A stretch of 64,000 nt of DNA from Candidatus Heimdallarchaeum aukensis (GCA_021513695.1 CP084166.1:1440001-1504000); one strand, 5' to 3'; positions 1 to 9,659 are shown, counted from the first letter of the stretch. The notes: a model not told the origin generated them from the letters alone. Numbers and translations: made by a program.

Positions 1-54
1 GGCACCTGCCTGCGGAGCAGGGTATCGCAGGTTCAAGTCCTGCCTGGCCCGCCA
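1..54 (+). tRNA. tRNA-Arg(GCG), 3' part only (5' end lies upstream of the window)
   Basis: Anticodon stem cctgc/gcagg with loop ctGCGga. Variable region gtatc, T arm gcagg-ttcaagt-cctgc, acceptor 3' strand ctggccc, discriminator g, and an encoded cca ending at 54. Confidence 0.8.
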
Positions 55-57
55 TTT

Positions 58-708
58 TTACAGAAGTGAATGTTTTGTTTTATAAAAGGGGCTTGTCTTT
101 TTCAAGGGAACCTCCAAAAATGCTTCTGCAAACCCCACTTGTGCTTGTGTACCTCTCATTTTTGTTCTATACTTATGAAACTCAATATAGAAATTATTTC
201 CTCCTTTGTCGAGCTGAGAACTATAACATTTCATAGCTTTTTCTTTTACTTCAACAAAATCTGAAATGTCAACAAGTACATGAGGGTTCGATAATAGAAC
301 TGTCGTTTCAGTGAAATAAAGCTTAGAAACAATAAAGGAGTTTGAATACTGTGTTTCATGTGCTGCCCATTCTATTGCCTCTTTAACCATAGAACTTGTT
401 AAACGATGTTCAACATGATAATCATTATCCATATGGGTCACTATTATTTCAGGACGATAAGTAAGAATAAAATCAATAATTTGATTTTTCATTTCTACTT
501 CATTATTTTCTATTGTTTTGTAATTTAGGATTATTGCTTTTTTAACGTTTAAAATCTTTGTAGCTTCTATGTATTCTTTTTTTCTTACTTCATTTGAAGT
601 CAAACAAAGCGAATATACATTATTTCCCAAAGCGGAATAGCGAGCAATGGTTCCTCCTGTACTAAAACTTTCATCATCAGGGTGTGCAAAAATAAAGGCA
701 ATATTCAT
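58..708 (-). CDS. PIG-L/LmbE family deacetylase
   Basis: ORF 58..762. I place the start at the internal Met (MNIAFIFAHPDDESFSTGG). The AHPDDE motif and a later HVEH motif are typical of the family. The 18 codons upstream are F/L/I-rich and look non-coding. Confidence 0.8.
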   Translation of the reverse strand: MNIAFIFAHPDDESFSTGGTIARYSALGNNVYSLCLTSNEVRKKEYIEATKILNVKKAIILNYKTIENNEVEMKNQIIDFILTYRPEIIVTHMDNDYHVEHRLTSSMVKEAIEWAAHETQYSNSFIVSKLYFTETTVLLSNPHVLVDISDFVEVKEKAMKCYSSQLDKGGNNFYIEFHKYRTKMRGTQAQVGFAEAFLEVPLKKTSPFYKTKHSLL

Positions 709-761
709 AAAGAAAATTAAAAAAAAGTAGAGATAAAGATTTCTATCTTCTAAAAAAATCA

Positions 762-1757
762 TTATTTTTTGGTGATATAGTCTACTGCATTAATCCCTGC
801 CTTGTATCCTTCACCCATTAATATTGCACAATAATCTTTTTCTCCTGTTATTACTCCTGCTGCAAAAAGTCCTGGAATGTTTGTTTCTTTTATATTATTT
901 GTTTCTAAGAATCCTTCTTCATCAATTCTTATATCGAGTTCTTTCAACATTGAGAAATCAGGTTTATCTTTTAATTCTATAAAAACTGCATTTACTGAAA
1001 GTTCTTTTTCTTCTCCATCTTCAACAAATTTTATTCCAGTTACAAATTGTGACCCCACTACTTCAACCTTTGATAGATCAATTCCATATTTTATTTTTAC
1101 ATTTGGTGATTTTTCCAGTTTTTTCATGAAACGTTTGTCAATGTCAAGAGTAGATGATGGACAAAGAACAGTGACTTTTCTGCAATATTTTCTTAAGAAA
1201 AGAGCTCCTCTTGCAGCGAAATTATCTTTTCCAATAATGCACACTTTCTTTCCTCTAAACAAAGCTCCGTCACACACCGCACAATAAGATAAACCTTGTC
1301 CTTCAAATTCCTCTTCTCCCTTAACTGCACCTTTCAATTCTGGAAGATCATAAGCTAGAATAACAGCCTTTGCTTTGAATGATTCCCCATCTTCGGTCAC
1401 TAAAACAAAATCTTCTTCTTTTATGATCTTTGAAATTTCTTCCTCTTCAATCTCAATTCTTTTCTCTTTTACCTTTAAATTATCATCTTGTTCATCAGAA
1501 GATGAAAAATAAGAAATATATTCATTGTTAAATTTTTCAATTTGCCCCAAAATCTGAACAATGTAATCAACGCCCACTACGCTTTCAACCCCAGGAATTG
1601 TGTCAATGGTTCCTTTTTTTGCTGTATTTGTATCATAGGGTATTCCAAAAAGTTTTATTTTAAGGTCTGGGTTTTTTGAATATGCAGCTATCGCAGCTGA
1701 TAACCCTGTCAATCCTGAACCAATTATAGCTAAATCAATAGTCCCATCTCTATTCAT
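762..1757 (-). CDS. thioredoxin-reductase-like FAD-dependent disulfide oxidoreductase (NADPH motifs absent)
   Basis: ORF 762..1952, trimmed to the Met at 1757 (MNRDGTIDLAIIGSGLTGLSAA, an FAD GxGxxG motif). It keeps the CAVCDG redox motif and GLFAAG. GGGxxA is replaced by GKDNFA and HRRxxxR by CPSSTLD. The long upstream extension would overlap the divergent HTH gene. Confidence 0.8.
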   Translation of the reverse strand: MNRDGTIDLAIIGSGLTGLSAAIAAYSKNPDLKIKLFGIPYDTNTAKKGTIDTIPGVESVVGVDYIVQILGQIEKFNNEYISYFSSSDEQDDNLKVKEKRIEIEEEEISKIIKEEDFVLVTEDGESFKAKAVILAYDLPELKGAVKGEEEFEGQGLSYCAVCDGALFRGKKVCIIGKDNFAARGALFLRKYCRKVTVLCPSSTLDIDKRFMKKLEKSPNVKIKYGIDLSKVEVVGSQFVTGIKFVEDGEEKELSVNAVFIELKDKPDFSMLKELDIRIDEEGFLETNNIKETNIPGLFAAGVITGEKDYCAILMGEGYKAGINAVDYITKK

Positions 1758-1879
1758 ATAAGAAGTAAACACAGAATTAAAAATAAAGTTAACTATCGAT
1801 TTTTTTGCGGATAGTTTTTCGACATCCTTTTTATAAAATAACGAGAAAATATATATAGAAAATTTTATGGGGACTAAAA

Positions 1880-2098
1880 ATGGGCAAACAAGAAATTTCT
1901 GTTTCAGGACAAAGATTAATTCAATTACTTGAAGAAAAAGGTCCTTTGACACAAAAACAATTAATTATTGAGTCAGAGATACCTGCTCGAACAGCTAGAT
2001 ATGCCTTAAAAAGATTAATCGAAATGGGATTGATCATAAAAAGGAATAATTTAGCAGATATGAGAAGCGTCTATTATTTCTTAGTTGAGGAAAACTAA
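1880..2098 (+). CDS. small winged-helix DNA-binding protein (MarR/ArsR-like)
   Basis: 72 aa. It contains GQRLIQLLEEKGPLTQKQLIIESEIPARTARYALKRLIEMGLI, a typical wHTH pattern. It is divergent from the TrxR-like gene. Confidence 0.6.
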   Translation: MGKQEISVSGQRLIQLLEEKGPLTQKQLIIESEIPARTARYALKRLIEMGLIIKRNNLADMRSVYYFLVEEN

Positions 2099-2133
2099 TC
2101 TATAGTAACTTCCCCAACTTTTTATTTATATTA

Positions 2134-3708
2134 CTATATTTTAGCTGTGTAATTGATTTTGTTGTTTGTTTCACTCCCAGGGAATATTCCAAGTATTCTC
2201 CTAAAGTTAGAAGGAATAAAGACTTCAGATACTACAATTGCTCCATCAGAAGAGATATCTATAATATTAAAACTGTTTTCACTACTTGCAGTTTTTTGAG
2301 AAGAAAAAGTATTACAGTTTACAAAAACTGTTTTCTCAACTCTCGTACAGAAAGCTCGACCTAGATGACCTGACATAACTAAGTTCACATTTGTATCAAC
2401 TAACAACCGTAGAACATCTCCAGCATCTTCTAATGCAGAAGTTTCTCGGGTACCTGGAATAGGCACAAGATGATGATGCATTATAACACTATTAAATTGC
2501 TTACTTCGTTCTTTTTTAGCTTGATGTACATAACGATGTAACTTTAATTGAGTTCTCCTCCCAACTACACCAATATCAGTTCCAGCTTCAGAGGTATTAA
2601 GAACATAAAAATTAGAATTTTCTTTTTCTATTAAATGTTCAATGTCAAAATATTTGTTTAGGAGAGATTCTCCATACCCTCTAAGATCTCTTGGCCCTGG
2701 ACAGAAAATAAACTTCTCTTTGTATTTGAGAAAATGTTCTATTGCTTGTTCATATTCATCAGAGTATCCACTGTATGTCAAATTACCATTATGAATTATT
2801 ACATCTGGTTTTGTATCATCTATCAATTTCATTCCTTTTTTAAAATACTCAGCTTGTTTAGACCAAGAAGAACCAAAATCTGTTCCTGATAATTGTACAA
2901 TGCGTAACCATTTTCCTCCAGAAGAATTAACCATACGAAAACGCCTTGTTATGGTTTTAATCTCTTCATGCAGTTCATTTCCTTTAGATTCAATAGTTTT
3001 AATTTTCACATCTTTCTGAGGTCTTATTTCTACTAAATTAAAAGAATGAGGTTCTCCGCTCCTTGTTTTATAACTTGAAATCGAACCAGAGGAAATAATT
3101 ATAGTATCTTCCACTTTGTATACATTGGGATGATGTTTATGACCAGTAAAAACAGCATCTACACCATAGTCAAGCAAAATTGAAAGCATTTCTCCAGAAT
3201 CCACAGCATTAGACCTTTCTCTCCCCACCTTAGGAATTGGTAGTAGATGATGATGGAAAGCCACTATTTTTATTCTATCTTCTCCAAACTTAGTAAGTAT
3301 TTTTTTAGCAAAATCAAACGCTTTCCTTCCAAAACGACCACTATCTCGATCAGGAACACAAGAATCTAATCCAATAAAAAGAACTTTATCATCAACATCA
3401 AAAAAATCTCTTTCTCCCACCATCTTTTCCCAAACTTCGAACCCACCAGAACGACTGTCATGATTTCCGATGATCCAGTGGATCTTAGGGAGGTTAATTA
3501 ATTCCCTTAATTTATTTGCAAACACATAATCCTCATATAATCCGTCTTGAGTTAAGTCACCAGAAAAAATTCCGAAGTCTATTTTCAATTTATTTGCTAA
3601 TGAATTAATTTCATTCACTGCAGCAAAATATTCGGAAGAAACAAATTGAGGTCTAGAAGTTATGTGTGTATCACCAAAGTGAATTATCCTAACAGCTGAA
3701 TCACGCAT
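2134..3708 (-). CDS. tandem-domain calcineurin-like metallophosphoesterase
   Basis: ORF 2134..3786, trimmed to the Met at 3708 (MRDSAVRIIHFGDTH). The N-terminal half has canonical GDTH, GDLTQDG, GNHD, HHH and GHKH motifs. The C-terminal half repeats the fold with degenerate motifs (SGTDF, NGNLT, GPRD, HHHL, SGHLG). Confidence 0.8.
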   Translation of the reverse strand: MRDSAVRIIHFGDTHITSRPQFVSSEYFAAVNEINSLANKLKIDFGIFSGDLTQDGLYEDYVFANKLRELINLPKIHWIIGNHDSRSGGFEVWEKMVGERDFFDVDDKVLFIGLDSCVPDRDSGRFGRKAFDFAKKILTKFGEDRIKIVAFHHHLLPIPKVGRERSNAVDSGEMLSILLDYGVDAVFTGHKHHPNVYKVEDTIIISSGSISSYKTRSGEPHSFNLVEIRPQKDVKIKTIESKGNELHEEIKTITRRFRMVNSSGGKWLRIVQLSGTDFGSSWSKQAEYFKKGMKLIDDTKPDVIIHNGNLTYSGYSDEYEQAIEHFLKYKEKFIFCPGPRDLRGYGESLLNKYFDIEHLIEKENSNFYVLNTSEAGTDIGVVGRRTQLKLHRYVHQAKKERSKQFNSVIMHHHLVPIPGTRETSALEDAGDVLRLLVDTNVNLVMSGHLGRAFCTRVEKTVFVNCNTFSSQKTASSENSFNIIDISSDGAIVVSEVFIPSNFRRILGIFPGSETNNKINYTAKI

Positions 3709-3775
3709 TGTGACAAGTATTTGTAAATGGATAAAAAACCTTTTTCTAAAAAATTTAAAATGATTTTTTGAGAAT

Positions 3776-4171
3776 TTAAACAACAAGCAAGTTTAGCGGA
3801 TTTAGCATTCCAATAATCTTATCTCCATCCTTAACTATCAAGTGGTTTATTCTCTTTTCTTTCATTTTAACGAGAGCGACTGAAATTGTTTCTCTTGCTG
3901 AGATAGAGATTAATGGGCTAGTCATAATTTCTTTAATTTTTGTTTTATTGAAGTCTAGTTCCTTATAAAGAGCTTTTACGATATCTTTAGTTGTAATAAT
4001 ACCGACTGGCTCGTTATCATTTGTTACAAGTATGGAACCAATATCGAAATCTGCTATTATTTTAACAGCTTCATTTAGATTCTTTTCTCCTTCAATGAAT
4101 AATACACCTTTTGTCATAACACTTGTTACAGGTTCTTCATAAATAGGTTCTCGCAGAGTCATTATCCTCAA
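3776..4171 (-). CDS. CBS domain pair protein
   Basis: 131 aa with two CBS-like repeats (VMTKGVLFIEGEKNLNEAVKII...GSILV and IMTSPLISISARETISVALVKMKEKRINHLIV). Confidence 0.8.
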   Translation of the reverse strand: MRIMTLREPIYEEPVTSVMTKGVLFIEGEKNLNEAVKIIADFDIGSILVTNDNEPVGIITTKDIVKALYKELDFNKTKIKEIMTSPLISISARETISVALVKMKEKRINHLIVKDGDKIIGMLNPLNLLVV

Positions 4172-4305
4172 AATAAGCTTTTATTTGCTTTTATTAATGT
4201 TTTTGAAAAAAGATAATTACAAAAAAAAGAAAAATTTGATACGAAAAACTAATATGTAGATTCAATATAATAATAGAATCGAGAGAACTAGGAGTAGGAA
4301 AAAAG

Positions 4306-4752
4306 TTGTATGCGGATAGTCAAGAGATATTTCATTTAGCGACGCAATTACAAAGAATAAATTACTTGGGGCATGTACAAACTTTCCAAATTGAATTCGA
4401 CTATTTAGAAGAAGAGATGAAAAAGAAACTTCTGGATGTATTTAATGATTCTACGGGTATTGGTCAATTCAAGTCAGATATGATAATAATAGAACAAGTA
4501 GGGGAAAGAGATTTTCTTAAGACTGTTGAGACATTTCAATATATTGCTAAGGTTATGGGGGATCTGTCAGCAATAGATAGTATAACTGCTTTAGTAGAAA
4601 TAAATTACAAAAATGATGTTCATTTTATCGTTGTTTCCTTTGTACCACCTGATTCATTGGAATTAATAAGTACAAGTGAAAGTAAACTATATTTTGAACT
4701 ATTAAACTATGTAAGAACAAAATGGGCATTTTCAAAGACATTTATTCGATAA
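4306..4752 (+). CDS. hypothetical protein
   Basis: 148-aa ORF with a TTG start and non-repetitive composition. It fills an otherwise empty interval. I recognise no motif. Confidence 0.4.
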   Translation: MYADSQEIFHLATQLQRINYLGHVQTFQIEFDYLEEEMKKKLLDVFNDSTGIGQFKSDMIIIEQVGERDFLKTVETFQYIAKVMGDLSAIDSITALVEINYKNDVHFIVVSFVPPDSLELISTSESKLYFELLNYVRTKWAFSKTFIR

Positions 4753-4770
4753 TAATTTCTACTAGTTTTA

Positions 4771-5856
4771 CTAGGCAAATGGTCTTTCTCTTAATAGGGC
4801 ACGAAGTAATTCCAAATTTGTTTGTATTTTAGGTGAATTGATGGGTAAATTTTCATTTTTTATGGAATCAATTATATCATATAATATATATGTTGCAATA
4901 TGGAAATCTATTGTATAACCATCTGGATACATCGATTGGAGGTCTTGTTCTACTCCAATTTCAGTTAGAGTTTTATCATATTCGTATATAAATTTCATAA
5001 CTTTATTTTTTGTTGAAGTAAAAGATTTAGTACTTTTATATTCGGTTATAACATCAAGAGCAAAATAAGCACCAATATCCTCGCATCTATCTCTATTAGC
5101 TTCTATAAATTCTGAATTAAAAACATAAACTTTCACTTTTTCGCAATCTTGTTCAGTTAAACTGGAACGGTCTGAAGATGAATCAATAACCATTTTTAAG
5201 TTAGACTTATGAAAATCACCATGAATAACAGCAGAACCCTTGGATTTTTGTAAAATAGCTAAGGAGGGAACAAGGAGATCAATCAATTCTTGTTCTAGAT
5301 CCTCGTTGTTCAATAAAGAGATCAAAAATAGAATGACCGTTTTATAAGGTTCAACATCAATTTCTTTTGCTCCTATCCCATGAATTAAGGCCAAGGTTTT
5401 TGCTGCGAGTTTTAATGAATCATCTTCTGAAATGTTGCTTTTTACGTCAATCCCTAAACCTGCTTCATAGATAATACACTTGTTTTTTGCACTTTTATAG
5501 ATAATAGGAGGAACTAAAACACAAGGATAGTTTTTCAATGAGGAAGCTAAAATTTCATAATTGCTAATTTCTTTGATATAAGCCTCTTCGTCCTTACTGA
5601 ACTTTACTATTAAATAAACGACATGTTTACCCAATTCAGATTCTAAATTATATGTTACAAAGTGTGTTTTTGAACGAGAGGAACGAAAATCCTGGGAAGT
5701 AACATCAACAATGGATATTTGATGGGGAGTAGCGTTTGTTTCTTTTTCAACAGATTGCTTAAAGTATTCTTTTAAACTCTCTCCAATTATAGTAAGTATT
5801 CTTTTCAGTTTTTCAAAATCTTTTTTATTGTTTGGAGAGTTATTTGCTTTTTGCAT
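4771..5856 (-). CDS. protein-kinase-like fold phosphotransferase (APH/choline-kinase family)
   Basis: 361 aa. It has a catalytic-loop-like VIHGDFHKSNL and a downstream SEFIEANRDRCEDIGAYF (the D-x-E/DxG region), typical of aminoglycoside/methylthioribose-kinase-like phosphotransferases. Confidence 0.6.
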   Translation of the reverse strand: MQKANNSPNNKKDFEKLKRILTIIGESLKEYFKQSVEKETNATPHQISIVDVTSQDFRSSRSKTHFVTYNLESELGKHVVYLIVKFSKDEEAYIKEISNYEILASSLKNYPCVLVPPIIYKSAKNKCIIYEAGLGIDVKSNISEDDSLKLAAKTLALIHGIGAKEIDVEPYKTVILFLISLLNNEDLEQELIDLLVPSLAILQKSKGSAVIHGDFHKSNLKMVIDSSSDRSSLTEQDCEKVKVYVFNSEFIEANRDRCEDIGAYFALDVITEYKSTKSFTSTKNKVMKFIYEYDKTLTEIGVEQDLQSMYPDGYTIDFHIATYILYDIIDSIKNENLPINSPKIQTNLELLRALLRERPFA

Positions 5857-5913
5857 TTAATTCAACTTATAGATATAATTCAAACTTATAAAAGCTTTAT
5901 GTGTTTACTATGG

Positions 5914-6300
5914 GGTAGTGTCTAGTTTTTATACCACCTCCTAGGCAAAAAGGAATTAAGGGGTGGGTGTCCAAGGCTCTGGTGGGGGCGAATGAAGTTA
6001 TAATAAAGCATAAAGAGAGTAAGAAAACCAGAGAGATGATCGGAGCCATAAATAGCTCGAATAGAACAGGTACAGTGGAGAACAGAGTGAAACCAACGAT
6101 AGGTCTTAAGACTGGCATTAAAGCGCTCAACATATGACCGTATACCACCACTAACAACAAGATGATTAAGCCCGAGACGAGATAGATAGGATAGAATAGC
6201 AGGAACCAGCATCAGTGACGACGATACGTGGTTTTGAGGCCCAACAGCGGAACCAATAACGAAAAGTTAGTAAGCACTCGAGGACACTACTACCTTTACT
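5914..6300 (-). mobile_element. truncated, diverged copy of the IS6-like element found at 54324..55089 (one IR plus the 3' part of the transposase only)
   Basis: The IR ggtagtgtctagttttt at 5914..5930 is identical to the left IR of the complete copy. Nucleotide similarity then continues to about 6285-6300. It encodes ...IVVTDAG... and ...YNFIRPHQSLGHPPLNSFLPRRWYKN in different frames. No second IR is present. Confidence 0.8.
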
Positions 6301-8873
6301 GTTTACTCTAATGGAACATATGTTATTTCAGTCTCTGATCTTACTGATTTTGGTAAATATCAGTTAGTAGTATTATTAACCTTAGATGGTTACGTTGATC
6401 AAAGCTTCACTCTGAACATTTTACTTTTAGAGAGAGAAACAACATTGAGTTCAACTACAGGAACTAGCCTACAGATTTACACAATTGATACCTTGAATCT
6501 ATTTTTAGAATACAAAGACAAAAATACTGATACAGCAATAGAAGCAGATGATAATCAAATTTCTTTTGCTCAAGGAACAGGAAATGAAACTTTAACCCTC
6601 AGTTTTTACTTTGAATCAATAAGTTACAATGGTTACACAGTCACTCTTCATTCTTTCACTTTTGACCCTAATGAAGCTACTGCAGCAGGATATGTATTTG
6701 TTTTCAACATTACACTTTCAAAATTTGGATATTCTAACAATTCAATTATAATCTATTTAAGAGTTGATATCAATCCTTCTGATATTCAGTGCCTAGAAGA
6801 TAGTATACTTATTGATTCTTCACAACAAGCATCTTTTACAATTTTCTATATTGATACAGTTTCTAATACAAACATTACTGGTGCGTTCATTAGCGTGTTA
6901 CAGTTAAATGGTTCTTCTTCTGATATCGATTCACTTTTAGCTTATAGTTCTACACCCTTTTACATTGTCTATATTGATCCTGATAATGTAAATGCTGTAG
7001 ATAAGACCTTTATGTTTAATGTTACACTCTATAAGGCGGGATATGAGAATCAATCTTACATTATTTACCTAACCGTAGTGTATAATCCCACCACAATTAG
7101 TGCAGAAGAAACAGAAAGTACCATTTTTGCGGATCAAGTCGCAGAATTTACACTGTATTATATAAATGATAAAACAGATACATATATAGAAGATGCTTCA
7201 GTAACCATTGAAATTGTCAATGGTTCAATGTATATAGAAGAATATTATGCTACAGGAACAAGTCCCTATATGTTTATATTAACCCTTATGATTAAAATTC
7301 CTCAGATTTAACTTTTGAAATAAGAATCACAATATCAAAAGGAGGATATAAAGAACAATCTATAGTACTTTATTTGCATGTAAAGATTCATCCTACAAGG
7401 ATATTCTCCTCTAGTAGCACTCAAACAATTTATGCAGATGAAACAGCAGATTTCACTGTTTATTACTGGGATACTTACAATGTTTTAATTGAAGAAGCAA
7501 ACCATACAGTAGAACTTACTCTTGGTGATTCAATAGATGTTGAAGGAGTAAGTTTGTTACATAACCAAGTTCTAGATGCTTACATTATCTCTTTTGATTT
7601 TAATGACTTTACAGTAACAAATGAAACATTTATTTTTAACATTACAATGTGGAAACCAGGATTCGAAAATCAATCAATAATACTAACGGTAAAAATCCAT
7701 GATTTCATTAGATATGAATTAAGCATAAACATCGATAGCGATACTATTCAACTTCTAAGTACAGTAACATTTACATTAATTCTAAAAGAAGCTATTATAC
7801 AGTTACTTGCTGATGATAATACAAAATTAGCTTATTCTCCTATTGGAGAAAATGTAACTTTAACTTTATTCCTTCTCGATAATGCTAATAATATCATTGA
7901 AACATCTACATTTAATATTACAATAAGTGATATTCAAAATGGTAATTATATTGGTCAATTCAAATATAGAGTTGAAAATTGGAAAGCTAAAAGCCTTAAA
8001 ATAGAGTGCACATATCTTCCTAAACAATCAAATATTGTTTCAACAACGAACTTCGATCTAACTTTTGAAATAAAGTTTCCATATTTCAATGATCTTTTCT
8101 ATGAATATCTATCTTACATGATTGCAGCAATTTCAATAATTGCCGTAGCAGCAATAACCTTGGCTGTTTATTTTGGAGTAGTTCGTCCCAAAAAACAAAG
8201 GCAACAAGCAAAAAGAAAACAATATTGTGATACTGTGTCAAATATACTTCAAAGCGTCACATCCATAAAGAAAGTTCTTGTTGTTCATAAAGATACTAGC
8301 TCTCCTGTTTATGAATTAGACTTAGGTTCAGATATGAGAGTAAGTTCAGCGCTTGTGACTGGATTTTTGCAAGCTGTATCCACAATGGCAAAAGAGATTA
8401 CAGGAAAAGATAAAGATGTTGTCAAAAAGTTAGATTACGGAGATTTAATTGTTACTTCTGCAGGCACAAAGAACTATATTACTTACATTTTCTCAGATAG
8501 AGAACTTTCAGAAGATATAACAAATGGTCTAAAAGAGTTCGTAAAATACTTTGAGAAAAGATTTTCTCATGTTGCAGAAAACTGGATTGGTTCCTTAGAT
8601 GAATTTAAAAAAGCAGAAAAGGCAATTTTGCGTAATTTAACAGAGCACTTATATATTTGGACATTATATCCTATAACTACTAATCCAACAATGGAAAAAG
8701 AAGTAAAGAAACTAGGTCCAATGAGCCAAAAAATAATTAAATTCGTTAAAGATACAAAAGAAGTAACAATAGGAATAATACTTCAATATTTCAACAGGTG
8801 GCCAAAAGAAGAAACTATTTCACTTGTCTTTGCTTTAGTTGAAGATCATTACCTTCTTACAAAGAGAATATAA
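6274..8873 (+). pseudogene. decayed large repeat-rich surface protein gene (5'-truncated, frameshifted, nonsense codon) with a C-terminal TM helix and cytoplasmic tail
   Basis: The reading frame opens inside the IS remnant at 6274. At least 5 tandem ~100-aa repeats each end in a F-N-(I/V)-T...K-x-G-(Y/F)-x-N-(Q/N)-S...I-Y-L motif. The repeat pattern jumps frame at about 7268 (a tata duplication). It is then interrupted by an in-frame TAA at 7293..7295 (LYVYINPYD*NSSDLTFEIRITISKGGYKEQS). The TM helix lies at about 8109..8183. Confidence 0.75.
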
Positions 8874-8939
8874 CACTTTTTCTTTTTGTCTTTAATGTTA
8901 ACTTTATTAATTAACCTAATTCTCTTTTTTTAGATTATA

Positions 8940-9659
8940 ATGAAAAAATGGGAAGGATATGCGATCCTTTGCGATATGGATGGTGTCATTATAAGTATAA
9001 AAGAGAGATGGATAAACCCCTTTGAAAAAGCATTAAGAAAGGTTAAAGAAGATATAGATGAACATGCTCTGAGAGAACAAGCTCCATCTTTACTTCTAAC
9101 ACATGGAGGAAGAAGTAAAAAAATATGGTTAAGAGCAATTTTCAAGGTTTGTGGTTATGCGGGTTTGTCTAAATTTCAATCTTTTAGAGTGCTAATAAAT
9201 GTTGGTTTAATGCTTTTAAAACCTAAAAACTTTAAAATTGTTCCTTTTGATGGAGTTGAGGAAACTTTAGAAAAACTAAAAGGTTTAGGATTTAAACTTG
9301 CTTTAGTTACAACGGCTTCGAATTTTACCATAAGGAGGTTAAAAAAACTATATCCTGAAATTCATTCTAAGTATGACTTTATTTTCACGAGAAATGATGT
9401 AAAATTTACTAAACCCTTTCCAGACCAATTAAATTTAGCAATTGAGAAATTAAATGTTGATAGAGATAAGTGTGTTATGATTGGGGATTTGATGACTGAT
9501 ATTCTAGCTGGTAAAAATGCAGGAGTTAAAACTGTAGCTATCCTTAGTGAATACCCATTTATTACTGAAGCTCTTTTATCATCAGTAGAACCAGATCATA
9601 TGATAGAATCATTTTCTTTACTTCCAGAGTACCTAGATGACATTTTTACAAATAAATAG
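8940..9659 (+). CDS. HAD-superfamily hydrolase (subfamily IA, phosphoglycolate-phosphatase-like)
   Basis: Motif I is CDMDGVII, motif II LVTTASN, a motif III Lys is present (FTKPFP), and motif IV is GDLMTDILAGKNAG. Confidence 0.8.
   Translation: MKKWEGYAILCDMDGVIISIKERWINPFEKALRKVKEDIDEHALREQAPSLLLTHGGRSKKIWLRAIFKVCGYAGLSKFQSFRVLINVGLMLLKPKNFKIVPFDGVEETLEKLKGLGFKLALVTTASNFTIRRLKKLYPEIHSKYDFIFTRNDVKFTKPFPDQLNLAIEKLNVDRDKCVMIGDLMTDILAGKNAGVKTVAILSEYPFITEALLSSVEPDHMIESFSLLPEYLDDIFTNK

Noticed and set aside
70-264. 64-aa ORF antisense to the PIG-L deacetylase gene
   Set aside because: It lies entirely inside a well-supported gene on the other strand. Its composition is Cys/Phe/Leu-rich and it has no motif, which is typical of a shadow ORF in AT-rich DNA.
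877-1287. 136-aa ORF antisense to the TrxR-like gene
   Set aside because: It is a Ser/Phe-rich, low-complexity translation opposite a conserved flavoprotein gene. I treat it as a shadow ORF.
1758-1952. 65-codon N-terminal extension of the TrxR-like ORF
   Set aside because: The extension is hydrophobic and low-complexity, precedes the FAD-binding N-terminus that normally starts such enzymes, and would overlap the divergent HTH gene. Similar upstream extensions were trimmed for ORFs at 58..762, 2134..3786, 24992..25984, 34888..36186, 39508..40833, 53498..54220, 57815..59185 and 61144..62124.
5897-6160. 87-aa ORF, and its counterpart at 54229..54558, within the IS copies
   Set aside because: These are hydrophobic translations in the wrong frame of the transposase C-terminal region. 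The frame carrying YNF[IV]RPHQSLG is the meaningful one.
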